From contig SHVQ01000008.1 of NCBI GenBank assembly GCA_009694195.1, forward strand, positions 10,465 to 74,464: a stretch of 64,000 bases of DNA, read 5' to 3'. Source of the stretch: Rhodospirillales bacterium. Its GTDB lineage: Bacteria > Pseudomonadota > Alphaproteobacteria > Rhodospirillales > SHVQ01. Shown here piece after piece: positions 19,493 through 28,926 of the stretch; within the stretch, counting starts at the first letter, position 1, and the number at the start of each line of letters is the position of its first letter. Made by a program: the position numbers and the translations under genes. The notes below the pieces were generated by a model. That model saw only the letters and a program-made list of their open reading frames with translations. It was not told where the DNA came from and did not search any database.

Positions 19493-20749
19493 GTGACCCG
19501 CTATTCGATCTTCAGCCTTGCCCGCAATGCGTTGAGCCATCACGAGCGCTGGCCGCTCGCTTGGCGGAGCCCCGAGCCGAAACCCGCTTACGACGTCGTC
19601 ATCATCGGCGGCGGCGGCCACGGTCTGGCGACCGCCTATTACCTCGCGAAGGAGCACGGCATCACCAACGTCGCCGTGCTGGAGAAAAGCTGGCTCGGGC
19701 TCGGAAACACCGGCCGCAACACGACGATCGTGCGCTCGAACTACATGATCGAGCCGAACGCACACTTCTACGAGCATTCGCTCAAGCTCTGGGAAGGCTT
19801 GAGCCAGGACCTCAACTACAACGTGATGTTCAGCCAGCGCGGCGTCATCAACCTCGCCCAATCGGACGCCCAGGTCGATGCCATGCAGCGGCGCGGAAAC
19901 GCCATGCGCCTCAACGGAATCGACGCCGTATGGCTCAGCCGCGACCAACTGAAGGCGATGGTGCCGCTCCTCGACTGTTCCGACCATCCGCGATACCCGA
20001 TCCTGGGCGCTCTCCTGCAGCCCCGCGGCGGCACGGCCCGGCACGACGCGGTCGCCTGGGGTTACGCGCGGGCGGCGGATGCGCGCGGGGTCGATATCAT
20101 CCAGGACTGCGAGGTCACCGGGTTCCGCATCGATCGCGGCCGCGTTACGGCCGTCGAGACGACGAAGGGCCTGATCGCCGCCGGGAAGATCGGCGTCGCG
20201 GTCGCCGGCCATTCGGGCCACGTGATGGCGCTTGCCGGCCTTCGGCTTCCGATCGAAACCCACCTCCTGCAGGCGATGGTCTCGGAGCCGGTGAAGCCGT
20301 GTTTCGATACGGTCATCTCGTCCGGCGCGACCCACTGTTACGTCAGCCAGTCGGACAAAGGCGAGCTTGTTTTCGGCGGCAGCCTCGACGGGTACAACTC
20401 CTATGCCCAGCGCGGCAATTTCCCGGCGATCAGCCACGCCGCGACCGGGCTGATTTCTCTGTTCCCGAGCTTCAGCCGCTTGAAGCTGATGCGCACCTGG
20501 GGCGGCGTCATGGACATGACGATGGACGGGAGCCCGATCATCGGGAGGACGCCGATCGACGGCCTCTATCTCGACGGCGGATGGTGCTATGGCGGATTCA
20601 AGGCGACCCCGGGCTCCGGATGGGTGTTCGCCTACACGATCGCCCGCGACCGCCCGCATGCGCTCAACGAAGCCTTCTCGCTCGACCGCTTCCAGCGCGG
20701 CTTTGCGCTCGACGAGAAAGGCATGGGCCCGACGACGGGCCTGCATTGA
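19493..20749 (+). CDS. soxB: Heterotetrameric sarcosine oxidase-family beta subunit
   Basis: IIGGGGHGLATAYYLAKEHG, NTGRNTTIVRSNY, GTARHDAVAWGYA. Confidence 0.93.
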   Translation: MTRYSIFSLARNALSHHERWPLAWRSPEPKPAYDVVIIGGGGHGLATAYYLAKEHGITNVAVLEKSWLGLGNTGRNTTIVRSNYMIEPNAHFYEHSLKLWEGLSQDLNYNVMFSQRGVINLAQSDAQVDAMQRRGNAMRLNGIDAVWLSRDQLKAMVPLLDCSDHPRYPILGALLQPRGGTARHDAVAWGYARAADARGVDIIQDCEVTGFRIDRGRVTAVETTKGLIAAGKIGVAVAGHSGHVMALAGLRLPIETHLLQAMVSEPVKPCFDTVISSGATHCYVSQSDKGELVFGGSLDGYNSYAQRGNFPAISHAATGLISLFPSFSRLKLMRTWGGVMDMTMDGSPIIGRTPIDGLYLDGGWCYGGFKATPGSGWVFAYTIARDRPHALNEAFSLDRFQRGFALDEKGMGPTTGLH

Positions 20750-20759
20750 GGAGCCGGCG

Positions 20760-21026
20760 ATGATGTTGATTCCCTGCCCCTGGTGCGGCGAGCGCGCGCA
20801 AGTCGAGTTCGCTTACGGCGGCGACGCGACGGTGAAGCGCCCCGCCGATCCTGCCTCGGCGAGCGACCGGGAGTGGCACGACTACGTGTTCGTTCGCGAC
20901 AATCCCAAAGGGCCGCTCGACGAGCTTTGGTATCACGCCGCAGGCTGCCGCCGGTACTTCAGGGTCCGGCGCGACACCGTCACGCACGCGATCCTCGCTT
21001 CCACGCCCCTTCCGGAGATAACGTGA
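20760..21026 (+). CDS. soxD: Sarcosine oxidase-family delta subunit
   Basis: IPCPWCGER...EFAYGG, RDNPKG, WYHAAGC zinc motif. Confidence 0.92.
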   Translation: MMLIPCPWCGERAQVEFAYGGDATVKRPADPASASDREWHDYVFVRDNPKGPLDELWYHAAGCRRYFRVRRDTVTHAILASTPLPEIT

Positions 21027-24000
21027 TGGCGGGCCAGCCATTCCGCGGCGACGAAGGCGGCCTCATCGACCGCGAGCGGCCGATCGCTTTCACCTTCAAC
21101 GGCGAGCGCCTTCAGGGGTATGCCGGCGACACGCTCGCCTCCGCCCTTCTCGCGAACGGCATCCGGCTCGTCGGCCGCAGCTTCAAGTACCACCGCCCGC
21201 GCGGCATCGTCTCGGCCGGCGCCGAGGAACCGAACGCCCTGGTCCAGCTTGCGGTCGGCGCCCGCACCGAGCCCAACGCGCGGGCGACCCAGGTCGAGCT
21301 GTTCGAGGGGCTGGAGGCGGAGAGCCAGAACTGCTGGCCGGGGGTCGGGTTCGACGTCGGCGCCCTCAACGGCGTCTTCTCGAGCTTGTTCCCCGCAGGC
21401 TTCTACTACAAGACATTCATGTGGCCGGCCAGTCTCTGGATGACCTACGAGCACTGGATCCGCAAGATGGCCGGGCTGGGCCGCGCCCCCGTGCAGCCCG
21501 ACCCCGACCGTTACGAGCACCGCTTTGCCCACTGCGACGTGCTGGTCGCGGGCGGCGGGCCGGCGGGGCTCGCGGCGGCACTCGCGGCGGCGCGCTCGGG
21601 CGCGCGCGTGATCCTGGCCGACGAAGGCGCCGACTTCGGCGGCGCATTGCGGGGGCTGCGGGCCACGATCGAGGGACGGCCGGCGATGAACTGGGTTCGG
21701 GCCGCGGTCGCCGAGCTCGCCGCGATGCCCGATGTCGTCCTCCTCCGCCGGGCGACGGTCGCCGGATACTATGACCACAATTCGTTCGTCGTCAGCGAGC
21801 GGCCGGCCGAGCATATGGCGGTGCCGGCACCCTTCCAAGCACGCGGCCGCCTCTGGTCCGTGCGCGCGAAGGAAGCCGTACTGGCGACGGGGGCCATCGA
21901 ACGGCCGCTGGTGTTCGGCAACAACGACCGCCCGGGTGTCATGCTCGCCTCGGCCGCGCAGGCTTACGCGAACCGATTCGCCGTCCGTCCGGGCTCACGC
22001 GCCGTCGTCTTCACCAACAATGATTCGGCCTACGAAGCCGCGCTCGATTTGGCGCGCGCGGGCGTCTCGGTCGCCGCCGTGATCGACGCGCGCGAGGACC
22101 CCGGGCCCGCCGCCCGCCGCGTGCGCGAAGCCGGAATTGAATCCATTCCAGGCCATGCCGTCATCAATGTCCAAGGGGGCCGGAAGCTGAAAGCGGCCGA
22201 AGTGATGGCGATCAACGGCGACGGAACGGCGTGCGCCGGCGGCGATTGGCGCGCGATCCCGTGCGATCTGCTGGCCGTATCCGGCGGCTGGAACCCGGCC
22301 GTGCATCTCTTTTCCCAGTCTCGAGGCAAGCTCCGCTTCGACGATCGGATTGCCGCGCTGGTGCCGGGCGAGTCCTTCCAACGCGAGCGTTCCGCCGGCG
22401 CGGCGCGGGGGACGTTCACGCTCAGAGGATGTCTCGCGGAGGGCTTCCGCGCGGGCGCCGTCGCCGCGCGCGCGGCCGGCTTCGATAAAGCCGGGGAGCC
22501 ACCGGTCCCGGATTGCGACACGCAGGCGGAAACTCCCCTCCGGCCCCTGTGGGTCGTCCCGCTGCCCAAACACACCCGGCTCAAGCGTTTCGTCGACCTC
22601 CAGAACGACGTGACCGCCGAGGATGTCGCGCTCGCCTTGCGCGAGGGATACGACAACGTCGAACACTTGAAGCGCTACACGACGCTCGGCATGGGCACGG
22701 ATCAGGGGCGGACGTCCAACGTGAGCGGGCTCGGCATCCTCGCGGGCTTGCGCGGCAAGAGCATCCCGAGTCTCGGCACCACCACGTTCCGCCCGCCCTA
22801 CACGGCGATTCCGTTCGGCACCATCGCGGGGCGCGAGATCGGCCATCACTTCGCGCCGACCCGGCGCTCGGCCATGCACGCCTGGCACGAACAGGCGGGC
22901 GCCTCTTTCATCCCCGCCGGGCTGTGGTTCCGCCCGCAGGTCTATCGCCGCCCGGGCGAAGGGATGATGGACGCCATCTACCGCGAGACCAAGAGCGTTC
23001 GCACCACCGTCGGCATGATCGACGTCTCCACCCTCGGCAAGATCGACATCCAGGGGCGCGACGCCGCTCTTTTCCTCGACCGCGTCTACACCAATAATTT
23101 CCGCAAGCTCCCGGTCGGCAAAGCCCGCTACGGCCTCATGTTGCGCGAGGATGGAATGGTGTTCGACGACGGCACCACGACGCGCATCGGCGAGAGCCGC
23201 TACCTCATGACGACGACGACCGCGCGCGCGGGCGAAGTCATGCGGCACCTGGAATATTGCTTGCAAGTTTTGTGGCCGGAGCTCGACGCCTACGCCGTCT
23301 CCGTCACCGAGGAGTGGGCGGCGATCGCTCTCGCCGGTCCCGCAAGCCGCAGCGTGCTCGAGCGCGTGGTCGGCGGCGTCGACGTGAGCAACGAAGGCCT
23401 GCCCTACATGGGCTACCGCGAGGGCACGGTCGCGGAAGTCCCGGCCCGCATCTTCCGCATCAGCTTCTCCGGCGAGCTCGCTTACGAGATCAACGTGCCG
23501 GCGGACTACGGGGCCGCCGTGTGGGAGGCGATTCACACCGCCGGCCGGTCGTTCGACATCATCCCCTACGGCACCGAAGCGCTCTCCATCCTCCGGATCG
23601 AGAAGGGGCACGTAGTATCGGGCGAGCTCAACGGCCGCACCACGGCGGATGACCTCGGGTTTTCCGCCTTCCTCAGCAAGGAGAAAGATTTCATCGGCAA
23701 GCGCTCGCTCGCCCGCGAGGGCCTGTGGCGGCCGGACCGGAAGCAACTCGTCGGCCTGATCCCGGTCGACAAAAAGACGCGGGTTCCGCGCGGGGCCCAG
23801 ATCGTCGAAGACCCGGACCGCGAGACGCCCGTCCCCATGCTCGGCGAGATCACATCCCAGTGCTACAGCCCAAATCTCGGCCATCCCATCGCGCTTGGCA
23901 TCGTCGCGGGCGGCCGCGCGCTGCATGGCCGGACGCTGCACGCCCTTTCGCCCGTGACGGGCGAGCGGGTGCCGGTGACGGTGACACCCAACGTCTTCAT

Positions 24001-24031
24001 CGATCCGAAGGGAGAGCGCCTCCGTGGCTAA
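21026..24031 (+). CDS. soxA: Sarcosine oxidase-family alpha subunit
   Basis: GDTLASALLANG...RSFKYHRPRG, KRYTTLGMGTDQG, GcvT-like C-terminus. ATG overlaps the soxD stop. Confidence 0.93.
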   Translation: MAGQPFRGDEGGLIDRERPIAFTFNGERLQGYAGDTLASALLANGIRLVGRSFKYHRPRGIVSAGAEEPNALVQLAVGARTEPNARATQVELFEGLEAESQNCWPGVGFDVGALNGVFSSLFPAGFYYKTFMWPASLWMTYEHWIRKMAGLGRAPVQPDPDRYEHRFAHCDVLVAGGGPAGLAAALAAARSGARVILADEGADFGGALRGLRATIEGRPAMNWVRAAVAELAAMPDVVLLRRATVAGYYDHNSFVVSERPAEHMAVPAPFQARGRLWSVRAKEAVLATGAIERPLVFGNNDRPGVMLASAAQAYANRFAVRPGSRAVVFTNNDSAYEAALDLARAGVSVAAVIDAREDPGPAARRVREAGIESIPGHAVINVQGGRKLKAAEVMAINGDGTACAGGDWRAIPCDLLAVSGGWNPAVHLFSQSRGKLRFDDRIAALVPGESFQRERSAGAARGTFTLRGCLAEGFRAGAVAARAAGFDKAGEPPVPDCDTQAETPLRPLWVVPLPKHTRLKRFVDLQNDVTAEDVALALREGYDNVEHLKRYTTLGMGTDQGRTSNVSGLGILAGLRGKSIPSLGTTTFRPPYTAIPFGTIAGREIGHHFAPTRRSAMHAWHEQAGASFIPAGLWFRPQVYRRPGEGMMDAIYRETKSVRTTVGMIDVSTLGKIDIQGRDAALFLDRVYTNNFRKLPVGKARYGLMLREDGMVFDDGTTTRIGESRYLMTTTTARAGEVMRHLEYCLQVLWPELDAYAVSVTEEWAAIALAGPASRSVLERVVGGVDVSNEGLPYMGYREGTVAEVPARIFRISFSGELAYEINVPADYGAAVWEAIHTAGRSFDIIPYGTEALSILRIEKGHVVSGELNGRTTADDLGFSAFLSKEKDFIGKRSLAREGLWRPDRKQLVGLIPVDKKTRVPRGAQIVEDPDRETPVPMLGEITSQCYSPNLGHPIALGIVAGGRALHGRTLHALSPVTGERVPVTVTPNVFIDPKGERLRG

Positions 24032-24632
24032 GCCCGCCGAACGACGCTCGGCCTTGGCCGAGGTCTATTCGCCCGGCACCTACGGAGCCGCAACTCCGGA
24101 CGGGCCCGGCGTCACGCTGGCCGAGCGCCGAGGGCTCACGCTCGTTCACCTCGCGGGCGAGGCGGCCACCCTCAACGAGGGGGTGCGAAAGGCGACGGGT
24201 CACGATCTCCCGATCACGCCCAACACCGTCATCGGGGACGACCGGGGCGGCGCTCTTTGGCTTGCCCCCGACCGCTGGCTCATCGTCTCCGCACGCGAGG
24301 AGTCGGAGCGCCTGGAGCGGCGGCTGGCGGCCGGGATCGGTTCGGCGGGCGCCGCGACTGACGTGAGCTCGGGTCGCACGGTCGTCCGCATCGGCGGCGC
24401 CAATGCGCGCGACCTCCTCGCCAAAGGATGCCCGCTCGATTTGCACCCGCGCGCGTTCGCGGCCGGCCATTGCGCGCAAAGCCTGATCGCCCAGGTGAAC
24501 GTCCTTCTCCACGCGGTCGACGAGTCCCGCGTCGATCTCTACGTCGCGCGCGGATTCGGGCTCACCATGTGGGAGTGGCTCACCGACGCGGCGGCCGAAT
24601 TCGGCTGCCGAATCAACGCGCCGGAAGGGTAA
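24024..24632 (+). CDS. soxG: Sarcosine oxidase-family gamma subunit
   Basis: WLAPDRWL, LAKGCPLDLHP, and operon position. Confidence 0.88.
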   Translation: MAKPAERRSALAEVYSPGTYGAATPDGPGVTLAERRGLTLVHLAGEAATLNEGVRKATGHDLPITPNTVIGDDRGGALWLAPDRWLIVSAREESERLERRLAAGIGSAGAATDVSSGRTVVRIGGANARDLLAKGCPLDLHPRAFAAGHCAQSLIAQVNVLLHAVDESRVDLYVARGFGLTMWEWLTDAAAEFGCRINAPEG

Positions 24633-24654
24633 AGCGCGGGGCTTGAGGCCTAGA

Positions 24655-24966
24655 TCACGCCGCCCTTGGCCGGATCGCCGCAATTTGCGATCCGATCTCA
24701 CGCCGCCGCTCCATCAGGTCGTAATCGACCTGTAGGCCCATAAAAAACCCCTCGGAAACGCCGAAGTACCGGGCTAGCCGGAGATCGGTGTCCGCCGTGA
24801 CTGCACGCTTGCCGTGAACCAGTTCGTTGACCCGCCTCGGCGGCACCTGAATGGCACGTGCGAGGGCATTCTGGCTGATGCCGAGGGGCTTCATGAAGTC
24901 TTCCCACAGGATTTCGCCCGGATGGGGATTGGGAAGACGCCTACGCTTCAGTCCCATTCTCACCAT
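24655..24966 (-). CDS. higA: HigA-family HTH antitoxin (no toxin gene adjacent)
   Basis: PHPGEIL.EDFMKPLGISQNALA...KRAVTADTDLRLARYFG...LQVDYDL. Start at 24966 or 24957. Confidence 0.88.
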   Translation of the reverse strand: MVRMGLKRRRLPNPHPGEILWEDFMKPLGISQNALARAIQVPPRRVNELVHGKRAVTADTDLRLARYFGVSEGFFMGLQVDYDLMERRREIGSQIAAIRPRAA

Positions 24967-24989
24967 GGTATCAATAAACTTTCTGTAAT

Positions 24990-25111
24990 CGTCATGGCCG
25001 TGCTTGTCCAAGGGGGCCTTCTTGCGGGGGAGTCCCCCGCAGACCCCTGTGCCATCCACGTCTCTGACCTCGTTGAAGGCGTGGATGCCCGGCATAAAGC
25101 CGGGCATGACG
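24990..25111. repeat. CGTC-type REP-like palindromic element with a nested ~40-bp hairpin insert
   Basis: CGTCATGGCC...CCATCCACG...CGTGGATGCCCGGCATAAAGCCGGGCATGACG; same family as 41478..41563. Confidence 0.8.
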
Positions 25112-25118
25112 TACTCGG

Positions 25119-26546
25119 TTATGTCCTTCCGTACAAATCTTCCAGGCGGACGATGTCGTCCTCGCCGAGGTAATCGCCCGACTGCACTTCGATCAGGTGC
25201 AGCGGCGTCTTGCCGACGTTCTGCAGCCGGTGCTTGGCGCGGACCGGGATGAACGTCGATTGGTTCTCTTCCAGGACGAACTGTTCGTCGTCGCGCCACA
25301 CCTTCGCCCGGCCGGCGACGATGATCCAGTGCTCGGCACGGCGGCGGTGATATTGCAGGCTCAGCGCGGCGCCCGGCTTCACGGTGATCTGCTTCACCTG
25401 AAAGCGGTCGCCCCGCTTGAGCGTGCGGTAGCTGCCCCACGGCCGGTGCACGGTGACGGCGGAGAAGACGGCGCCGGCCTCGTCCTTCTCGGCAAGCTCG
25501 GCGACCCGGCGCACCTCTTCGGCGCGGGCGCGGGGCGCCACGAGCACCGCGTCCTCGGTCGCGACCACGACCATGTCGTCGAGCCCGACGACGGCCAGTG
25601 TGAGTGCGTCGCTGTGGAGATAGGAGCCCTTCACGTCGTGGGTCTTCACGTTGCCGACGCGGACGTTGCCGGCGGCGTCCTTGCGGCCGGATTCCCAGAT
25701 GGTCACCCAGGAGCCCGCGTCGGTCCAATCCATATCCACCGGCACCACGGCCGCGCGGCTCGTGCGCTCCATCACGAGCACGTCGATGGAGCCGGACGGG
25801 CAGCGCTGAAACGCCTTCTTGTCGAGCCGGAAGAAGTCCAGGTCCCGCGCGCCCTTGGAGAAGGCCTTGCGGCAGGCCGCGAGCACCGCCGGCGCATGGC
25901 GAGCCAGTTCCTCGAGGTAACTGGGCGCCCGGAAGAGAAAGATGCTGGCGTTCCAAAAATATTTGCCGCCGGCGACGTAGGCCATAGCTTTCTTCAAGCT
26001 CGGCTTCTCGACGAACGCGGCGGCGCGGAAACAGCCGTCAGCGTGGGCAACTGCTTTTCCCTTGCGGATGTAGCCGTAGCCGGTATGCGGCCCGTTCGGC
26101 GCCACACCGAGGCAGACGAGAAAATCCCGCTCGGCGGCCGCCCGCGCGCGCCGGACGGCGGCGAGGAAACGAGCGGGGCGCTTCACGATGTGATCGGAGG
26201 CCAAGAGCAGCATGAGCGCGCCGGGTTCTTTCTCCACGATCGCGAGCGCGGCGACAGTGGCGGCGGCGGCCGTGTTGCGCCCGACGGGCTCCAGGATCAC
26301 AGCGCGCGGGCGCACGCCAATCTCGCGGAGTTGCTCGGCGACGAGAAAGCGGTGCTCCTGATTGCAGATGATGATGGGAGCCGCAAAGCCGGGGCCCGAC
26401 ACCCGGCGGATCGTGTCCTGAAACAAGCTCCGTTCGCCGCCGAGCGGCAGAAATTGCTTCGGCCGCGCCGGCCGCGACATCGGCCAGAGACGCGTACCGG
26501 AACCACCGGAAAGAATAACGGGGACGATGAGGGACGGTTTTTTCAC
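25119..26546 (-). CDS. manC: Mannose-1-phosphate guanylyltransferase / mannose-6-phosphate isomerase
   Basis: PVILSGGSGTRLWPMSR..RPKQF, LEPVGRNTA, HRPWGSY, LSLQYHRRRAEHW, EDDIVRLEDLYGR. Confidence 0.93.
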   Translation of the reverse strand: MKKPSLIVPVILSGGSGTRLWPMSRPARPKQFLPLGGERSLFQDTIRRVSGPGFAAPIIICNQEHRFLVAEQLREIGVRPRAVILEPVGRNTAAAATVAALAIVEKEPGALMLLLASDHIVKRPARFLAAVRRARAAAERDFLVCLGVAPNGPHTGYGYIRKGKAVAHADGCFRAAAFVEKPSLKKAMAYVAGGKYFWNASIFLFRAPSYLEELARHAPAVLAACRKAFSKGARDLDFFRLDKKAFQRCPSGSIDVLVMERTSRAAVVPVDMDWTDAGSWVTIWESGRKDAAGNVRVGNVKTHDVKGSYLHSDALTLAVVGLDDMVVVATEDAVLVAPRARAEEVRRVAELAEKDEAGAVFSAVTVHRPWGSYRTLKRGDRFQVKQITVKPGAALSLQYHRRRAEHWIIVAGRAKVWRDDEQFVLEENQSTFIPVRAKHRLQNVGKTPLHLIEVQSGDYLGEDDIVRLEDLYGRT

Positions 26547-26593
26547 GCGCCGGACCCTAGCACGGGAAGGCCGCGTGTCAACGCGGGGCTACC

Positions 26594-28315
26594 CTACGCA
26601 GCCGACTCTTTGACCAACGTCTGGCCGGGTCGCACGCGGGCAAACTGCACGCTTTCGGTCGCGACGCAAGCAAGGTCGCCGTCCATCCGAACGCGGGTCG
26701 AGTAGGCCGGATCCTTGGCCGCCGGGTTCGAGAAGTCGGAGCGGAAATGGGCGCCGCAGGAATCCCGGCGCGCGGCCGACGACGCGACAATGGCGCGGCT
26801 CACCAGGATCAAATTCTTGAGGTTGAGCCAGTCGTGCCAAGTGAGGTTATAGGCGAGGTTGTCGGCGGAAACCCCCACTTGATCCAGCTCCCGCTCCAGG
26901 GCTTCGAGACCCGTCTCCGCCCGGTGGAGAGAATGGGAGTCGCGGATGATGCCCGCGTCCTCCCACATGAGCTCGTAAAGGCGCTCGCGGACGGATTCCA
27001 GGTTAGCCGGCGGCCGCTTGAGGGGCGCCCGGCATCGTTCGAGGGCGCTCTCGATCGCGGCCTCGTCGGGCTCGCGCACGGCGCCCTGCTCCGCGACCCA
27101 GCGGGCCATGGTGTCGCCGGCGATGCCGCCGAACACGGTCGAGTTGGCGACCCCGTTGCCGCCGAGCCGATTCGCCCCGTGGACGCCACCCGTGTCCTCG
27201 CCCGCCGCGAACAAGCCCGTCAAGGCGGTCGCGCAGTCCGGCTGGAAGACCAAGCCGCCCATCATGTAATGCGCCGTCGGCACCACTTCGACCAAGCCGT
27301 GCACCAGATCGAACCCGTAGTCCGCGCAGCGCTCGACCATGCCTTTGAAGTTCATCCGCACCTGGTCGTGGTCGAGGTGGCGCATGGTGAAGTAGACGCC
27401 GCCGTTGGCACTCGTGTTGCCCTTCCGCATCTCCTGGAACATGGCGCGACTCACGATGTCGCGGGTCGCGCGGTCGGCGCGCGGATCGTAGTCGAGCATG
27501 AAGCGGCGCTCCTCGCCGTCGAGCAGGTAGCCGCCGAATCCGCGAAGGCCCTCTTCGATGACCGTGCCGGTGATGCGGGTCTCCGGGCCGGCGAGCAGGC
27601 CGGTCGGGTGGAACTGCACCATCTCCATATCGCGCAAGGTCAACCCGGCCCGGAGCGCCATGGCGAGCCCGTCGCAGCTCTTGTCGCCGGAGGGCGTGTG
27701 ATACCTGTACATGGTCGGGCCGCCGCCGGTCGCCAGCAACACCGCCTTCGCCCGGACGAATAGGAATTCTCCCGTGCTCATCTCCATCATGAGGACACCG
27801 GCGACGGCGTCTCCGGACGGCGTCTTGATCAGGTCGACCGCGCGGGTGTCTTCGAGGCGATGGATGTCGCGGACCCACACCTGCTCGGCGAGCCGGTTGA
27901 TGATCTCGATCCCCGTGAGATCGCCCTTGTGGACCGTGCGGTCGAAGGTCTGACCGGCGAATGCCTTCTGGTGGATGCTGCCGTCCGGATTGCGGTCGAA
28001 GAAGCAGCCGAGCTCGTTTTCGAGCTCGCGCACCCGCTCGGGCGCGGTCGCGACCAGGGTCCAGGCGAGGTCCTGGTCGTTGATCCAGGCGCCGCCTTCG
28101 ATCGTGTCCATGAAGTGGCGCTCGACCGAGTCGCCCTTGACGAGGGCGACGTTGTAGCCCCCCTGCACCATGCGCGTGCATCCGCACTTTCCGAGCAGGC
28201 CTTTGACGGCGATGGTGATGGAAAGGCTGGAATTGGCCGCGTGGGCGTGGAGGGCCGCAAACAGGCCGGCGCCGCCGGCGCCGAGAATCAGGATATCGGT
28301 GTCGAGCCCCCTCAC
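26594..28315 (-). CDS. SdhA/FrdA/NadB-family flavoprotein (non-canonical)
   Basis: GAGGAG, QFHPTG, RATRDIVSR, PTAHYMMGG, HGANRLGGN. Lacks the RSH covalent-FAD motif. GTG overlaps the upstream TGA. Confidence 0.88.
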   Translation of the reverse strand: MRGLDTDILILGAGGAGLFAALHAHAANSSLSITIAVKGLLGKCGCTRMVQGGYNVALVKGDSVERHFMDTIEGGAWINDQDLAWTLVATAPERVRELENELGCFFDRNPDGSIHQKAFAGQTFDRTVHKGDLTGIEIINRLAEQVWVRDIHRLEDTRAVDLIKTPSGDAVAGVLMMEMSTGEFLFVRAKAVLLATGGGPTMYRYHTPSGDKSCDGLAMALRAGLTLRDMEMVQFHPTGLLAGPETRITGTVIEEGLRGFGGYLLDGEERRFMLDYDPRADRATRDIVSRAMFQEMRKGNTSANGGVYFTMRHLDHDQVRMNFKGMVERCADYGFDLVHGLVEVVPTAHYMMGGLVFQPDCATALTGLFAAGEDTGGVHGANRLGGNGVANSTVFGGIAGDTMARWVAEQGAVREPDEAAIESALERCRAPLKRPPANLESVRERLYELMWEDAGIIRDSHSLHRAETGLEALERELDQVGVSADNLAYNLTWHDWLNLKNLILVSRAIVASSAARRDSCGAHFRSDFSNPAAKDPAYSTRVRMDGDLACVATESVQFARVRPGQTLVKESAA

Positions 28316-28923
28316 CCGCGGACCCCGATGGATTTGAGCGCAGCCGCCCGGCGATCGGCCGCCCGGCCCTGCACGTCGGCGTAGAGGCTCGCCCCGTGCG
28401 AATCCATGCCGACAAGGAGCGGCCCGAACCCCCGGACCCTGAACTTCCAGAGGCTCTCCGGGTTGAGATCGTCGAGATCGACGTCCTCGATCCGCTCGAT
28501 CCACGTGGTTTCGAGCGCGGCCGTGCCGCCGATCACGGCGAGGTAGGCGCCGCCCAAGTCGCGGAAAGCTTTCGAAGTCTCCGGCCCGAGGCCGCCCTTG
28601 CCGATGATGAGCCGGACGCCGTGACGCTCCATCAGCGGGCGGGTGAACCGCTCCATGCGGGCGCTCGTCGTCGTGCCGATGCAAAGGGGGGCGTAGCCGG
28701 CCGGGTGCTCGGCCGACGGCGGGACCTTTTTCGCGCCCGGCGCCGTGTGAAGCACGGCATGGTCCCGGAGATCGAAACGGGTCGTGCGGCCGCGGTCGAA
28801 CATGTGGATGAGCGTCGCGTCCCGGATGCCGAACAGCGTCCCTTCCAACGTAACGCGATCGCCGACGCGGAGCTTGCGAACGTCCGCTTCGGAACAGGGC
28901 AGGCGAAGCGTAAGCTCCGTCAT
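28312..28923 (-). CDS. Fe-S hydro-lyase (class I fumarase / tartrate dehydratase) beta subunit
   Basis: LRVGDRVTLEG, TTTSARME, IIGKGG, FGPLLVGMDSHG.SLY. Confidence 0.88.
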   Translation of the reverse strand: MTELTLRLPCSEADVRKLRVGDRVTLEGTLFGIRDATLIHMFDRGRTTRFDLRDHAVLHTAPGAKKVPPSAEHPAGYAPLCIGTTTSARMERFTRPLMERHGVRLIIGKGGLGPETSKAFRDLGGAYLAVIGGTAALETTWIERIEDVDLDDLNPESLWKFRVRGFGPLLVGMDSHGASLYADVQGRAADRRAAALKSIGVRG

Positions 28924-28926
28924 GGC

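Noticed and set aside
24960-24990. Possible higB 3' remnant (ATTGATACCAT resembling IDYH)
   Set aside because: Too short and needs a frameshift; not distinguishable from chance.
24655-25956. 433-aa ORF suggesting a long HigA fusion
   Set aside because: The N-terminal part is an alternative frame of manC plus read-through of the REP; only the last ~100 aa are HigA.
26594-28315. Calling the flavoprotein nadB or housekeeping sdhA
   Set aside because: No nadA/nadC nearby, Fe-S and anchor partners are present, and it lacks the covalent-FAD His and canonical gene order.
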